NCBI RefSeq assembly: GCF_902713615.1
Contig: NW_024056010.1
Location: forward strand, 1-64,000
Direction of reading: 5' to 3'
DNA length: 64,000 nt
Source of the DNA: Scyliorhinus canicula
Taxonomy: Eukaryota
Shown: positions 36,425 through 49,789 of the stretch, piece by piece
Position numbering within the stretch: the stretch's first letter is position 1
Layout of the letters: every line of letters begins with the position of its first letter
Translations under genes and position numbers: made by a program
The notes under the pieces: generated by a model
Databases searched by the model: none
Seen by the model: the letters and a program-made list of their open reading frames with translations, nothing else
Told to the model about the DNA's origin: nothing

Positions 36425-36745
36425 CTGGTGGCAAAGTGGTTAGCACTGCTGCCTCACAGCGCCAGGGTCCCGGGTTCAATTCGAGTCTCGTGTGACTATG
36501 TCTGGAGTTTGCACTTTCTCCTCGTGTCTGCGCGGGTTTCCTCCCACAGTTCCAAGATGTGAAGCTTAGGTGGATTGGCCATGCTAAATTGCCCCTTAGT
36601 GTCCAAAGGTTAGTTGGGGTCACTGGGTTCCAGGGACAAGGTGGAGGCGTGGGCTTAAGTTGAAGGAGGGTGCTCTTTGCAAGGGCCAGTGCAGACCTGA
36701 TGGGCTGAAATGCCTCCTTCTGCACTGTGAATTCTATGATTCTGC
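36425..36745 (+). mobile_element. HE1/V-SINE tail A
   Basis: Head, V-domain and HER1-type tail. Confidence 0.78.
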
Positions 36746-36799
36746 ACTGTAGGAATTTTATGAAGGTCTGGTCACCACACTTCAGGAAGGATGTGAAGT

Positions 36800-37027
36800 G
36801 GGCAGCACGTTGGTGCAGAACGTTAGCCCTGCTGCCTCACAGCGCCGAGGTCCCAGGTTTGATGCCAGCTCTGGGTCACTGTCCATGTGGAGTTTGCACG
36901 TTCTCCCTGTGTTTGTGTGGGTTTTGCACCCACAACCCAAAGATGTGCAGGGTAGGTGGATTGGCCACGCTAAATTGCCCCTTAATTGGAAAAAAATGAA
37001 TTGGATACTCTAAAATTTAAAAAAAAA
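36800..37027 (+). mobile_element. V-SINE type D with 12-bp TSD
   Basis: AAGGATGTGAAG at 36787-36798 and 37031-37042. Confidence 0.83.
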
Positions 37028-37029
37028 CG

Positions 37030-37935
37030 TAAGGATGTGAAGGTTCTTGGAGAAGATGCAGAGGAGATTTACCAGAATGGTTCCAGGAAAGGAGGTTGAG
37101 GGGAGATTTGATTCAGGTCCACAAGATTGTCAAGATTTCATTCAGGTGGACAAATAAACTGTTTCCATTCACTGATTGTACAAGCAGTCGGGACACAGAT
37201 TGAAAGTTTTGGGTAAAACCTGGATTGAACTATATAAGATCCTGAGGGGTTTTGACAGGGTCAATGTGGAGAGGATGTTTCCTCTTGTGGGAGAATCTGG
37301 AACAAGGGCATCACTGTTGCAAAACAAGGGGTCACCCATTTCAGATGGAGATGTGGATTTTTTATTCTCTTGAGGGTTGTAAGAATTTGGAACTCGTGTC
37401 CTTAAAAGGCAGTCATGATGTGGAGATGATGGCGTTGGACTGGGGTGAGCACAGTTAGAAGTCTTGCAACAACAGGTTAAAGTTCAACAGGTTTGAAACA
37501 AACCTGTTGGACTTTAAACCTAGTGTTGTAAGACTTCTTAAAAGGCAGAGGAAGCAAAGTCCTTGAATATGTTTAAGGCAGAGCTGGATAGATTCTTGAT
37601 GGGCAAGGGGGTGAAAGGTTATCGGGGTCGGCAGGAATGTGGAGTTCAAATGAAAAAAAATGAAATCAAAATTACTTATCGTCACGAGTAGGCTTCAATG
37701 AAGTTACTGTGAAAAGCCCCTAGTTGCCACATTCCGACGCCTGTTCGGGGAGGCTGGTACGGGAATCGAACCGTGCTGCTGGCCAACCTTGGTCTGCTTT
37801 CAAAGCTAGCGATTTAGCCCTGTGCTAAACAGCCCCTCAGTTGAGGTTGAATGTTGAGGTTAATAGTTGAGGTTAGAATGAGATCAGCCGCAATCTTATT
37901 GAATGCTGATCAGGCTTGAGGGCCCGAGTGGCCTG
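37030..37935 (+). mobile_element. Old CR1 3' remnant with nested inserts
   Basis: ELYKILRGFDRVNVERMFPLVGES and tail at ~37900-37940. Confidence 0.6.
37413..37536. mobile_element. 124-bp Penelope-terminus-derived insert with internal fold-back, flanked by a 12-bp direct repeat
   Basis: CTTAAAAGGCAG at 37401-37412 and 37537-37548. The insert is pLTR 3' end sequence followed by its own reverse complement. Confidence 0.72.
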
Positions 37936-38379
37936 TTCCTAGTTTGTGTATAAAAGGAACAGGAGATATGACATGTATGTTTTTACACTGCAAGCGGCAA
38001 TGAACTGAAACTTGCTGCCTATGAGGGAGTTTGAAAATGGACACAATGAATCATTTGATTTCAAAAGGAAATTGGATTTGAGGGAAATAAACCTGCGAGG
38101 ATACAGGGATGGAGCAGGAGAATGGGACTGACTGGATTGCTCCAGAGAGCTAGCATGGATTCAATGGGCCGAATGCCATTCTCTGTGCCATCATGTCTCT
38201 GACTCGTTTGTGTAATCTCGTTTTGTAATTTAACCTCAGAGGGTTCAGATATCACTCAGGTAAATCTGTGCTACACTCCCTCCGAGGCCATTCTATCCTT
38301 CCTCAGGTTTGTTGCCCAGAACTGAACACAGTTCTCCAGGTTTGGTCCAACCAGGGTTTGAGAATCTCGGGGCTTTTCC

Positions 38380-38605
38380 AGTCAAACTGAGACCTGAAAT
38401 CTTCCCTCACAGACAGAACAGACAAACCTTTTACCTTCCACACCCAGATGCTGCTGAAATTCAGTTTCTAATGAATCGAGAGACTGTCAGATCGCGATGT
38501 GATGTTTGGCTTGCGTTTCCCGTCTGTTAAACCTCCTCTTCCAATATCCTGTAAATTTACAGAAACCTCACTGTCAGTTTAGGATAGAAATTCAGAACAT
38601 TCTCT
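38380..38605 (-). pseudogene. ZNF 5' acceptor-module remnant
   Basis: aggatagaaattcagaac / tcctgtaaa module shared with 3480-3840, 13330-13500 and 59500-59640. Confidence 0.5.
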
Positions 38606-40789
38606 CCTTGCTAACTTTGATTAAATGTATTCCTGGAGGTTTTATCACATGACCTGCCCCCATCCTCCAGCCATTAATCGGTCAACACATCCATCCTTGT
38701 GACACGCTGCCTTCCTCGGCCAATTGGGAAGCGAAAGGACTCATTGCCTTGCAGAACAGTGATTGACTGTCTGGAAACAACCTTTATCCCATTTTCAATA
38801 TTTTTATATCCGCTTAAGAGAAATGTTAAAAGAAAATTACAAAAAAAATCTTCTTTACTGTCCTAATGATTTCCCAGGCATGAATCTCACCAAGGCAGAA
38901 AGTAAAATTTTGAATTCATTGAAAGTCCAGTGGTGGCCATGAAACCATTGCTGGTTGTTGCAAAGAGCCACCTAGTTCGCTGATGTCCTACAGTGAAGGA
39001 AATCTTCTATCCTTACCTGGTGTGCCCTACATGTGACTCCAGATCCACAGTCAGCTTGTTGACTCTTAAAATGCCCTCAGAGATGCACTCAGTTCAAGGG
39101 CAATTAGGGCTGGGCAGTGAATGCTGGCCCAGCCAGCGACACCCACATCCCGGGAATGAATAGAAAAGAAAATCTGCCATCCTTACCTGGTCTGGCCGAC
39201 ACGATTCCAAACCACAGCAATGTGGTTGATTCTTTAAATGCCCTCCGAGGTGGCCGAGCCAGCCACTCGGTTTAAGGGAAATTAGGGATGGGCAATAAAT
39301 GTTGGCCCAGCCAGTGACTCCCACAAATGAATAAAATAAAATCCTGGAGACTCAAGTCAGTCAATCTGGGAGAGTTGGTATCCAGTCCAGGCTCGCAATG
39401 CATGTGCCCTGCGGCTCCTTGTCCTCTGTAAAGGTGGCGGACGGTAACCAGGGCCTGTCACCGCTCAGCTCTCACTCTATTCGGTGCCCGTTAAGACCGC
39501 ACCATTAACATTTTACTCGGGAGTTGAAGCCTCCTCAGGGTTTTTCTGAAGCCTCCCCAGGTCACTCCGCAGCTTCTATTTACTCTCCGGCTACCCACCG
39601 GCTCCATTTCTTTGCACACATGAAGTGTGTGAGTGATCTCCCTCTGAATTGGACTTAATTAATTAATGACTAACTCATATTTATTCTTATCCAGTGGAAA
39701 CATCTTCCACTTGTCTATCATATCAAACCATTTCATAATCTTGCAGGATCAGGCCATCCTTCATTCCCTTTTCCAAAGAAAAGGTGATCCCCTGTCCAAT
39801 CTTTCTTGCTGGGTGTCACCTGCCAGTTCAGGCATAATTCAAATATCTTTTCCTGCATCTTCTCCAGTCCTTCGAGATCCATTTTACAATCTGGAGACTT
39901 TAACTAATCTGAGCAGCAAACTCACCGTTGCACCAAATGCCTGTATGTTGCAGTATTTTAGTAATTTTACTGTTAGCAGAATGTAAGATGGGACAGAACA
40001 AGATCCAACAAGCCAGTCTGTAACACTGCAGAGCATCTACAAACTTGCCTCTTCCCCGTACTGCTAAACTCTTAACCTGTAGCTGTGGCATCAAGAATAA
40101 TGTTCAGAGAAAGACTGGATTTCTCTTCGGTGACACTGGGCCAGACTAAATTAGTTCACAGGATTGTTGAGCTAATGTCTCCATGTCATAAAATGGATCT
40201 GGAAGGACTGGGGACGATACAGGAAAGTGTACCAGAATGATGCCTGAACGGGCAGATTACAGACAGCAAGAAATGCAGTGGCTTGAAGAGTCATCTAGGC
40301 TCCCCCGCTTCCATTTCATGTGTTCTTATGAACATCATTGTAAATCATTTCCATGCAGACACAACAGATGGAACAAACACCAATTCATCGCCATCCTTCC
40401 CATATTCCAGGATTCCAAACACACTTTCCAGGTGACAGTGATTTACTTGTACTTCTTGCCATCCAGTATTGTGTATTCACTGCTCATGATTTGGTCTTCC
40501 CGACACTGAGATTAAATCAGGATTGGGTGACTGTGGAACATCACCATTCAGTCTGCAAACATAATCCTGAGTTTATGATCATTTTAACATTTTAATTCCC
40601 TGCCCCACTCCCACTCTGTCCACAGCCTCCTGCACTGCTCCAATAAAGCTCAAACGAAACTCGAGGAACAGAACCTCCATACGGACATTGACCCAGGGCC
40701 AGGTTTCAAACCCGGGTCCTCAGTACCGTAGTTTTGTAAACTCTTTTTACGGGACAATAGAAGGTTTGTATTCGGTAAATTGAGACTAA

Positions 40790-41085
40790 ATATTGCATCA
40801 AGGTCGGACAGAAGTCAGTTGATTCATCAGGCCCTGAATATCACCCTTCGAAGGTGGAAGGTGAAATGTTTCTCTGTTCTCAATGAGAAAAGATTTCAAA
40901 CATCAGTGTGACTGAAAAAGCCCGAGACCTACACAACACACACCCGAGTGAGAGTGTTCCAGTGAACTGACTGTGGAAACATCAGTGTGGCTGGAAAAGC
41001 ACTGAGACCCACACAACACACACCCGAGTGAGAGTGTTCCAGTGAACTGACTGTGGAAAGAGCTTTAACCAGTTACACAGTGGGT
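40790..41085 (+). pseudogene. ZNF 5' remnant with a 79-bp tandem duplication of a decayed finger
   Basis: Units 40898-40976 and 40977-41055 are nearly identical; homologous to 5870-5970 and 59160-59390. Confidence 0.55.
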
Positions 41086-41507
41086 AGGCAGTGGTGTAGT
41101 GGTATCGTCGCTGGACTAGTCATCCATAAACCCAGGATAATGATCTGGGGACCCGGGTTTGAATCCTACTACCACAGGTGATGGAATTTAAACTCAATAA
41201 CATTTCTTGAATTAAAAGTCTATTAAACCAGCTGGTTCACTAATGTACTTTCGGGAGGGAAATCTGCCGTCCTTACCCAGTCTGGCCAACATGTGACTCC
41301 AGACACAGAGCAATGTGGTTGACTCTTACCAGCCCTCAAGGGCAATTAGGGATGGGTAATAAATGCTGGCACAGCCTGCAACGCCCACGTCCAATGCATT
41401 AAAAAAATTGTTTCACTAATTGTAACTCAATTAATGATCACCACTTATTTAATCATCTGTTGCAGACTTTTAGCTAATTAATACAGTAATTTTTAATGAA
41501 TACAGGG

Positions 41508-41725
41508 CACCATATGGCGCAGTGGTTAGCACTGGGACTGCGGCACCGTGGACTCGGGTTCGAATCCCGGCCCTGGATCACTGTCCGTGTGGAGTTTGCA
41601 CATTTTCCCCATGTCTGCATGGATTTCAACCCCACAACACAAAATTGTGCACGTTAGGCGGATTGGCCATGTTAAATTGCCCCTTAATTTGGAAAAAAAA
41701 TAATCGGGTACTCTAAATTTATACA
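41508..41725 (+). mobile_element. V-SINE type D
   Basis: Head, V-domain and A-rich tail. Confidence 0.72.
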
Positions 41726-41849
41726 AATAAAAGATAAATTGCCTGATCAAGGATGAGGTTCTGTTTCTCAAGTTTCCTTTGAGCTTTATTGGAGCAGTAC
41801 TCTAAATGTATATGGAAAAAATACTTTTCACTGTACCTCACTGAGCCTT

Positions 41850-44685
41850 CTTCAAAATTCTTCAATCATGGGAGGTGGGGGTCACTGGCTGGACCAGCAT
41901 TTACTGCTCATTCCAATTGCCCTTGGACGGTGTGTCTTGTGAGGCTATTCAGAGGGCACTTACAAATCAACCACAACATTGCTGCGGATCTGGAGTCACG
42001 TGTAGGCCAGGCCACGTAAGGAGAGCAGATTTAAAGAGAGAACTGAGAAGAGCAAGGAGGGGACATGAGAAGTCTTTGGCAGGTAGGACCAAAAGCTTTC
42101 TATAGGTATGTCAGGAATAAAAGAATGACTAGGGTAAGAGTAGGGCCAGTCAAGGACAGTGGTGGGAAGTTGTGTGTGGAGGCTGAGGAGATAAGCGAGA
42201 TACTAAATGAATACTTTTCGTCAGTATTCACTCAAGAAAAAGATAATATTGTGGAGGAGAATGCTGAGACCCAGGCTATTAGAATAGATGGCATTGAGGT
42301 GCGTAGGGAAGAAGTGTTGGCAATTCTGGACAAGGTGAAAATAGATAAGTTCCCGGGGCCGGATGGGATTTATCCTAGGATTCTCTGGGAAGCCAGGGAA
42401 GAGATTGCTGAGCCTTTGGCTTTGATTTTTAGGTCATCATTGGCTACAGGAATAGTGCCAGAGGACTGGAGGATAGCAAATGTGGTCCCTTTGTTCAAGA
42501 AGGGGAGTAGAGATAACCCCGGTAACTATAGGCCGGTGAGCCTAACGTCTGTGGTGGGTAAGGTCTTGGAGAGGATTATAAAAGATACGATTTATAATCA
42601 TCTAGATAGGAATAATATGATTAGGGATAGTCAGCATGGTTTTGTGAAGGGTAGGTCATGCCTCACAAACCTTATCGAGTTCTTTGAGAAGGTGACTGAA
42701 CAGGTAGACGAGGGTAGAGCAGTTGATGTGGTGTATATGGATTTCAGTAAAGCGTTTGATAAGGTTCCCCACGGTCGGCTATTGCAGAAAATACGGAGGC
42801 TGGGGATTGAGGGTGATTTAGAGATGTGGATCAGAAATTGGCTAGTTGAAAGAAGACAGAGAGTGGTAGTTGATGGGAAATGTTCAGAATGGAGTTCAGT
42901 TACGAGTGGCGTACCACAAGGATCTGTTCTGGGGCCGTTGCTGTTTGTCATTTTTATAAATGACCTAGAGGAGGGCGCAGAAGGATGGGTGAGTAAATTT
43001 GCAGACGACACTAAAGTCGGGAGTTGTAGACAGTGCGGAAGGATGTTGCAGGTTACAGAGGGACATAGATAAGCTGCAGAGCTGGGCTGAGAGGTGGCAA
43101 ATGGAGTTTAATGTGGAGAAGTGTGAGGTGATTCACTTTGGAAAGAATAACAGGAATGCGGAATATTTGGCTAATGGTAAAATTCTTGGTAGTGTGGATG
43201 AGCAGAGGGATCTCGGTGTCCATGTACATAGATCCCTGAAAGTTGCCACCCAGGTTGATAGGGTTGTGAAGAAGGCCTATGGTGTGTTGGCCTTTATTGG
43301 TAGAGGGATTGAGTTCCGGAGCCATGAGGTCATGTTGCAGTTGTACAAAACTCTAGTACGGCCGCATTTGGAGTATTGCGTACAGTTCTGGTCGCCTCAT
43401 TATAGGAAGGACGTGGAAGCCTTGGAACGGGTGCAGAGGAAATTTACCAGGATGTTGCCTGGTATGGAGGGAAAATCTTATGAGGAAAGGCTGATGGACT
43501 TGAGGTTGTTTTTGTTAGAGAGAAGAAGGTTAAGAGGTGACTTAATAGAGGCATACAAAATGATCAGAGGGTTAGATAGGGTGGACAGCGAGAGCCTTCT
43601 CCCGCGGATGGAGGTGGCTAGCACGAGGGGACATAGCCTTAAATTGAGGGGTAATAGATATAGGACAGAGGTCAGAGGTGGGTTTTTTACGCAAAGAGTG
43701 GTGAGGCCGTGGAATGCCCTACCTGCAACAGTCGTGAACTCGCCAACATTGAGGGCATTTAAAAATTTATTGGATAAGCATATGGATGATAAGGGCATAG
43801 TGTAGGTTAGATGGCCTTTAGTTTTTTTCCATGCCGGTGCAACATCGAGGGCCGAAGGGCCTGTACTGCGCTGTATCGTTCTATGTTCTATGTTCTATTT
43901 CCTGAAGGACCCGACGGGTTTTTACAACAATCGACAAAGTCACCGTTAGACTTGTACTTTGAGACTTTTATTCAATTTCAATATCTATCATAGGCAGATT
44001 CGATCCCAGATCCCCAGATCATTAACCTGGGTCTCTGGATTACTCACCCAGTAACAATACCATTACTCTACTGCCTAGCCCACAGTCTTGGCAGAATATG
44101 ATGTCCAGTAACTTCACAAAATTACAAAGTAATTTATTTTTTCAATCAAATTCTGATAGCTCTGCAGTTTCTGGAAACATTTTGGTTGAAGGTGTTATTT
44201 TAAAAAATAAAGATCTTTCTAGCCTTTGCAATATAATTACCGAATACACCAATTCACTAATGATAATTAATGTTCACCACTGAATAATCATAAATGTAAT
44301 TATTGTTTTGTGGTATGAAATCAATACATGGTTAATATAGAAAAGGTACACAAGGTGAAATGGCTGCAGGAAGCCACGTGTTAGAGGTATAAAAGTGTTT
44401 TTTGCTATGAAATCAATGCATAGTTAATATAGAAAAGGTACAGAAGGGGAAATGGATGCAGGATGCCACGTGTTAGAGGTATAAAAGGGCTTCCTTGACC
44501 TTGTTACCAATGACAGTGAATACACTATGAAAATAACAATTTTAAAACTAAATGTGATTACACATGCGTACTTACAGCTTCTTACGTTACAACAGTGAAT
44601 ATATTTCAAAAGTACTTCATTGGCTTTAAAAGATAGTGGCAGTGCAAGTTTTATAGAAATGTACATTTATTCAAGTAGCCCGCAA
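41850..44685 (-). repeat. Third partial copy of the duplicon (equivalent to 9590-10670) carrying a CR1 insertion
   Basis: 41850-42030 and 43900-44685 match the reverse complement of 10490-10670 and 9590-10460; includes a ~90-bp tandem duplication at 44317-44490. Confidence 0.8.
42031..43898 (+). mobile_element. Young 5'-truncated CR1 LINE (RT; one frameshift at ~43020; (TTCTATG)n tail)
   Basis: ORFs 42065-43072 and 42999-43805: [36 protein letters not shown]; CR1-type 3' tail. Confidence 0.93.
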
Positions 44686-44880
44686 ACTAGGCTATACCCC
44701 TGTCTCTGTAAGACTTAATTACCTGCAAATGCTCACATTCAATGCATTGTTTTGCATCTTTGACTATGTCTATATGTATGTTTCTAGATCATACCTCTTC
44801 ATTCACCTGAGGAAGGAGCAGTACTCCGAAAGCTAGTGATTTGAAGCTGTTGGACTTTAACCTGGTGTTGTAAGACTTCT
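44685..44880 (+). mobile_element. Penelope 3' pLTR fragment
   Basis: Matches the pLTR at 15421-15690 (gttggactttaacctggtgttgtaagactt) and includes a hammerhead. Confidence 0.75.
44804..44838 (+). ncRNA. Minimal type I hammerhead ribozyme
   Basis: cac-CUGAGGA-a-GGAG(cagua)CUCC-GAAA-GC-UA-gug. Confidence 0.78.
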
Positions 44881-44892
44881 ATCCTGACAAGG

Positions 44893-45214
44893 GCCTCACG
44901 GTAGCATGGTGGTTAGCATCAATGCTTCACAGCTCCAAGTTCCCAGGTTCGATTCCCGGCTGGGTCACTGTCTGTGTGGAGTCTGCACGTCCTCCCCGTG
45001 TGCGCGTGGGTTTCCTCCGGGTGCTCCGGTTTCCTCCCACAGTCCAAAGGTGTGCGGGTTAGGTGGATTGGCCATGCTAAATTGCCCGTAGTGTAAGGTT
45101 AATGGGGGGATTGTTGGGTTACGGGTATACGGGTTACGTGGGTTTAAGTGGGGTGATCATTGTTCGGCACAACATCGAGGGCCGAAGGGCCTGTTCTGTG
45201 CTGTACTGTTCTAT
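44893..45214 (+). mobile_element. HE1/V-SINE tail B
   Basis: Reverse complement of 4844-5187. Confidence 0.85.
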
Positions 45215-46255
45215 AAGTGTGAGGTTGTCCATTTTGGAAGGACAAACATGAATGCGGAATACAGGGTTTAACGGAAGGGTTCTTGGCATTGTGGAGGAGC
45301 AGAGAGATCTTGGGGTCTATGTTCATAGATCTTTGAAAGTTGCCACTCAAGTGGATGGAGCTGTGAAGAAGCCCGATGGTGTGCTGGCGTTCATGAGCAG
45401 AGGGATTGAATTTAAGAGCCATGAGGTGATGATGTAGCTGTACAAAACCTTCGTAAGGCCACATTTGGAGTACGATGTGCAGTTCTGGTCACCTCATTTT
45501 ACGAAGGATGTGGAAGCTTTGGAAAAGGTGCAAAGGAGATTTAGAACATAGAACAGTACAGCACAGAACAGGCCCTTCGGCCCTCGATGTTGTGCCGAGC
45601 AATGATCACCCTACTCAAACCCACATATCCACCCTATACCCGTAACCCAACAACCCCCCCCCCCCTTAACCTTACTTTTTAGGACACTACGGGCAATTTA
45701 GCATGGCCAATCCACCTAACCGCACATCTTTGGACTGTGGGAGGAAACCGGAGCACCCGGAGGAAACCCACGCACACACGGGGAGGACGTGCAGACTCCG
45801 CACAGACAGTGACCCAGCCGGGAATCGATCCTGGGACCCTGGAGCTGTGAAGCATTTATGCTAACCACCATGTTACCATGCTGCCCCAAATTTACCAGGA
45901 TGTTGCCTGGAATGGAGAGGAGGTCTTATGAGGAAAGGTTGAGGGTTCTCGGGTTTTTCTCATTAGAACGGAGAAGGATGAGGGACGACTTGATAGAGGT
46001 TTATAAGATGATCAGGGGAAGAGATAGAGAAGACAGTCAGAGACTTTTTCCCCGGGTGGAACAAACCATTACAAGGGGACATAAATTTAAGGTGAATGGT
46101 GGAAGATAAAGGAGGGATGTCAGAGGTAGGTTCTTTACCCAGAGAGTAGTGGGGGCATGGAATGCACTGCCTGTGGAAGTAGTTGAGTCGGAAACATTAG
46201 GGACCTTCAAGCGGCTATTGGATAGGTACATGGATTATGGTAGAATAATGAAGTG
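45215..46255 (+). mobile_element. CR1 3' fragment interrupted by a SINE (45541-45887)
   Basis: EEQRDLGVYVHRSLKVATQV and FTRMLPGMERRSYEERL; contains stop codons. Confidence 0.82.
45541..45887 (-). mobile_element. HE1/V-SINE tail B nested in CR1
   Basis: Interrupts CR1 at ggagattt|accagg. Confidence 0.87.
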
Positions 46256-46275
46256 TAGATTAATTTGTTCTTAAG

Positions 46276-46690
46276 GGCAGCACAGTAGCATTGTTGATAG
46301 CACAATGGCTTCACAGCTCTAGGGTCCCAGGTTCGATTTCTGGCTTGGGTCAATGTCTATGTGGAGTGCTGCACATCCTGCCCGTGTGTACCTGGGTTTC
46401 CTCCGGGTGCTCCGGTTTCCTCCCACAGTCCAAAATGTGCAGGTTCAGTGGATTGGCCATGATAAATTGCCCTTAGTGTTGGGTGTGGTTACTGGGTTAT
46501 GAGGATAGGGTCGAGGTGTTGACCTCGGGTAGGGTGCTCTTTCCAAGAGCCGGTGCAGACTCGATGGGCCGAGTGGCCACCTTCTGCACTGTAGATTCTA
46601 TGATAATCTAGAATTAATCTAGGACAAAGGTTGGGCACAGCATCGTGCGCCGAAGGGCCTATTCTGTGCTGTATGTTTCTATGTTCTATC
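46276..46690 (+). mobile_element. HE1/V-SINE tail A followed by a second tail-B-like segment
   Basis: Tail A ends ~46605; gccgaagggcctattctgtgctgtatgtttctatgttcta follows to ~46688. Confidence 0.75.
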
Positions 46691-47244
46691 TGTTGGATGA
46701 AGCTGAAGGGTTTGCTCCAACTCAGGGGGCGGTGCTGGAGGACTAACCAGGATCGGCTGGTCCTCCAGCCAATCAGAGTGAATGGGAGGCGGAGCAAAGC
46801 AGGGACTCTCGCTCCGTACGCATGCGCCAGGCCACCCGGGCCTATCTCGGTGAAAAGCCCGACCACCTTTCGCCGGTTCAACTACAAATCCGAGATTCGT
46901 ATTCAGGGTGACACGGAGTGTTTATGAAGCCTCCCGACCCATCCGCCGGCTCCATCCCTCCCTCATGACTCACCGAGCGGGATCTGACCAGGAATCTCCA
47001 GCCCACCGCCTGAATCCTGAACTGTGCTCGGCACAGCGCATGCTCCATCTCACGTGGGAGACGGGGCTCAGACCCCGCCCCTCATTCACTCCGATTGGTT
47101 GGAGGTCCCGCTACAACCACTCGGTCCTCCAGGCCCATCCCTCTCTTGCTATTGGATCAGAGCTGACGTCAATCATTCCCAGGGCATTGAGAGTTCGGGC
47201 ATGCGCAGTGCCCATGCTGGACTCGGCCGGGAGGTTTCACTGAA

Positions 47245-47920
47245 GCTGTTTTGTGGCTTCACTACTTTAGTTTATGTCTGATGTTGATGTTCGTTTTTTT
47301 TTAATGATTTTGTGAGTTTTGAGACCTGCACATTTATGTCCTTGTGCAGGATTAAGCCAGCATCTGCCTTAGCATGATGCTGGGTGTGAAAAGAACTAAG
47401 CAAAAGAAAATAAAGTAAATAATGGATAAAACAAAAGAAGGGGGTGCTGCTAAAACAACGAGTGGAGCACAACCCAAATGGAACAAGGGAACAGAAACTT
47501 ATCTAAAACCTGTCAAATTAGAATGTGAAAATCGGGGTCGATAAGGCAATCCAACCCCTGCGGCGCCCACCGAGCACGGAAATCTTCCAGTGTGCCCGTG
47601 GACACTGCATGCTCCCTCTCCCGGGACAGCCGGCCGCGAACAAGGCCTCGGAAGAGGGGCAGACAGTCGTGCTGGACCGATAAATGGCTAGTTTGGCCCG
47701 GCCCAGGAGCAGGTTCACAAGGACGTCCTCCGCCTTCCCAGCCCCCCGCCGCACCGGATGTCTGTAGATCAGGAGCGTGGGGCTGAAGTGCAAATAAAAC
47801 CTCAACAACAACGTCAAGAAATCAAAGAGGGGTGCAGCCTGGGACAGACAACATAAACGTGCTCCATGGTCTCCACCAGGCCGCAAAAGGAGCAGGTCTT
47901 TGGCAGAGCCACGAAGTGGC
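47245..47920 (-). mobile_element. 5'-truncated Tx1-clade LINE with a 13-bp TSD
   Basis: CSFCGLVETMEHVYVVCPRL and HFSPTLLIYRHPVRRGAG..VNLLLGRAKLAIYRS are Tx1 ORF2 C-terminal motifs. TSD AGGTTTCACTGAA at 47232-47244 and 47921-47933; empty site at ~14851-14864. Confidence 0.88.
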
Positions 47921-49789
47921 AGGTTTCACTGAAACCCGGTGGAGGCTCCAAACCCCAATAAGAAGTTTCCCGGCCCGGGTTTGCATCGAGCGGGGGGACA
48001 GCTGCGGCCTGCTCCCGGTGACAGGCCTGAGTTAACGGCCGCCGTCTTTTTAGAGGCTGCAAACCCGCAGGGGGCAAAACATCAGAGATAGAGTTTGTTG
48101 TGAAACCAATGGGATATTGTAAAACAGGAGGTCAGGGTTACAGTCAACAACAACAACTTCTATTTATATAACACCTTTAACATCATAAATCATCCCAGTC
48201 AACTTCACGGGAACATTATAAAACAAAGTGAGACACCCAGACACAAAAGGAGATATTAGGGCAGGTGACCAAAAACTTGGTCAAAGAGGTGAGTTTTGAA
48301 GAGTCTGAAAGGAGGTCAGTGAGGTGGAGACGAGGAGATTCAAGGAGGGAATTCAGTGCTTGGGGCCGAGGGAACTGAAAACCATGGCGGAGTAATTAGA
48401 ATCGGGGGTGTACAAGAGTCCAGGATCAGAGCTGTGCAGATATCTCAGGGGGCTGTGGGGCTGGAGGAGATGACAGACACAGGGAGAGACGACGCCATGG
48501 AGAGACTTGAAAACAAGGGTGAGAAATGACTGGGAGCGAATGCAGGTCTCGGAACACAGGGATCAGAGGGGAAAGGAACTTGCTGTGAATTAAGACATGG
48601 GTAGCAGATTTTTGGATGGCTTTAAGTTTACAAAGGTAGAATGTGGGAGAGCAGCCAGGTATGTAATGGAATTGTCGAATCTGGAGGTTACGATGGTAAA
48701 TTGCCGTATTATCTAAAAAGGTTAGGGGGGGTTACGGGGATAGGTGGAGGTGTGGGCTTAGTTTGGGTGGTCTTTCCAAGAGCCAGTGCTGATTAGATGG
48801 GTCGAATGGCCTCCTTCTGCAGTGTAAATTCTATGAGGTCAGAAGCTCATATTGGATCAAGTGTGAAACCAAGTTTATAAAGAGACTGGCGAAGTCTCAG
48901 ACTGTTGCCAGGGAGAGGGATGGAGTCGGTATGTCAGGATTGGAGCAGAGACTGAACAGTGGATTCAGTCTTCTCCATATTTGATTGAAGTTATTTAATC
49001 AGTAGGAAGAGAACCAGAATGGACCCTGAGTCTGATATCCGGTATAGCTTAGTTCGAGCGGGTGAGGAAGAACAAAGGAAACCCTGGCAGATTTGGAGAA
49101 ACAACCTTTGCGATTGTTCATCAAATCTCCACATGGTCAGTTCTGGACACAAGGTTCACCTCTGTTATTCTGTCGGCTCAGTCAGGGTGATTCAGATTAA
49201 TGTCTGTCACAACTCATGAATGAAGTGACTTATGAAGAATATTCTTACCTCTAATTATATAACTTTGGTAAAAGGATACAGAAATAATGATCTAATCCTT
49301 TATTTGGATTTTCGTCCCAGGGAGGAGGGACAGTGTGTGGGACGGGAATTTACAGCTTTGGGGAAAGAAGAGAGACTAAAATATTCCGCAGAAACTGGAA
49401 TTAACTGTTCAGAATTTCTATCCCGTACTGATAGGGTGGAGGTGTGTACTTGAGGGTGCTCTGTTCAAGGGCCAGTGCAGACTCGATGTGCCGAATGGCC
49501 TGTTCTGCACTGTAAATTCAATGATTGTGGAAGTTGGATGTTAAACAGTTTTGTGAGAATTGGGTCAAAGGAGCAAAGGGTATGTCTCACAGACAAGATG
49601 AGCATTGAGAGAGCATGATGGGAGACAACAGGTAAAGTGGGGAAAGATGTGAGTTCAGAATTTGGACAAGAAAGTATTTTAGGCAGTTCTTCTGAGTGGT
49701 TTAGTGGAAGAGGAGCTGTAGAATCAGCTGATAGGATTGTTTCAATGGGTGGGGTTTTCAAATCCTTGCTGCTGGCTGGATCTTCCAGT

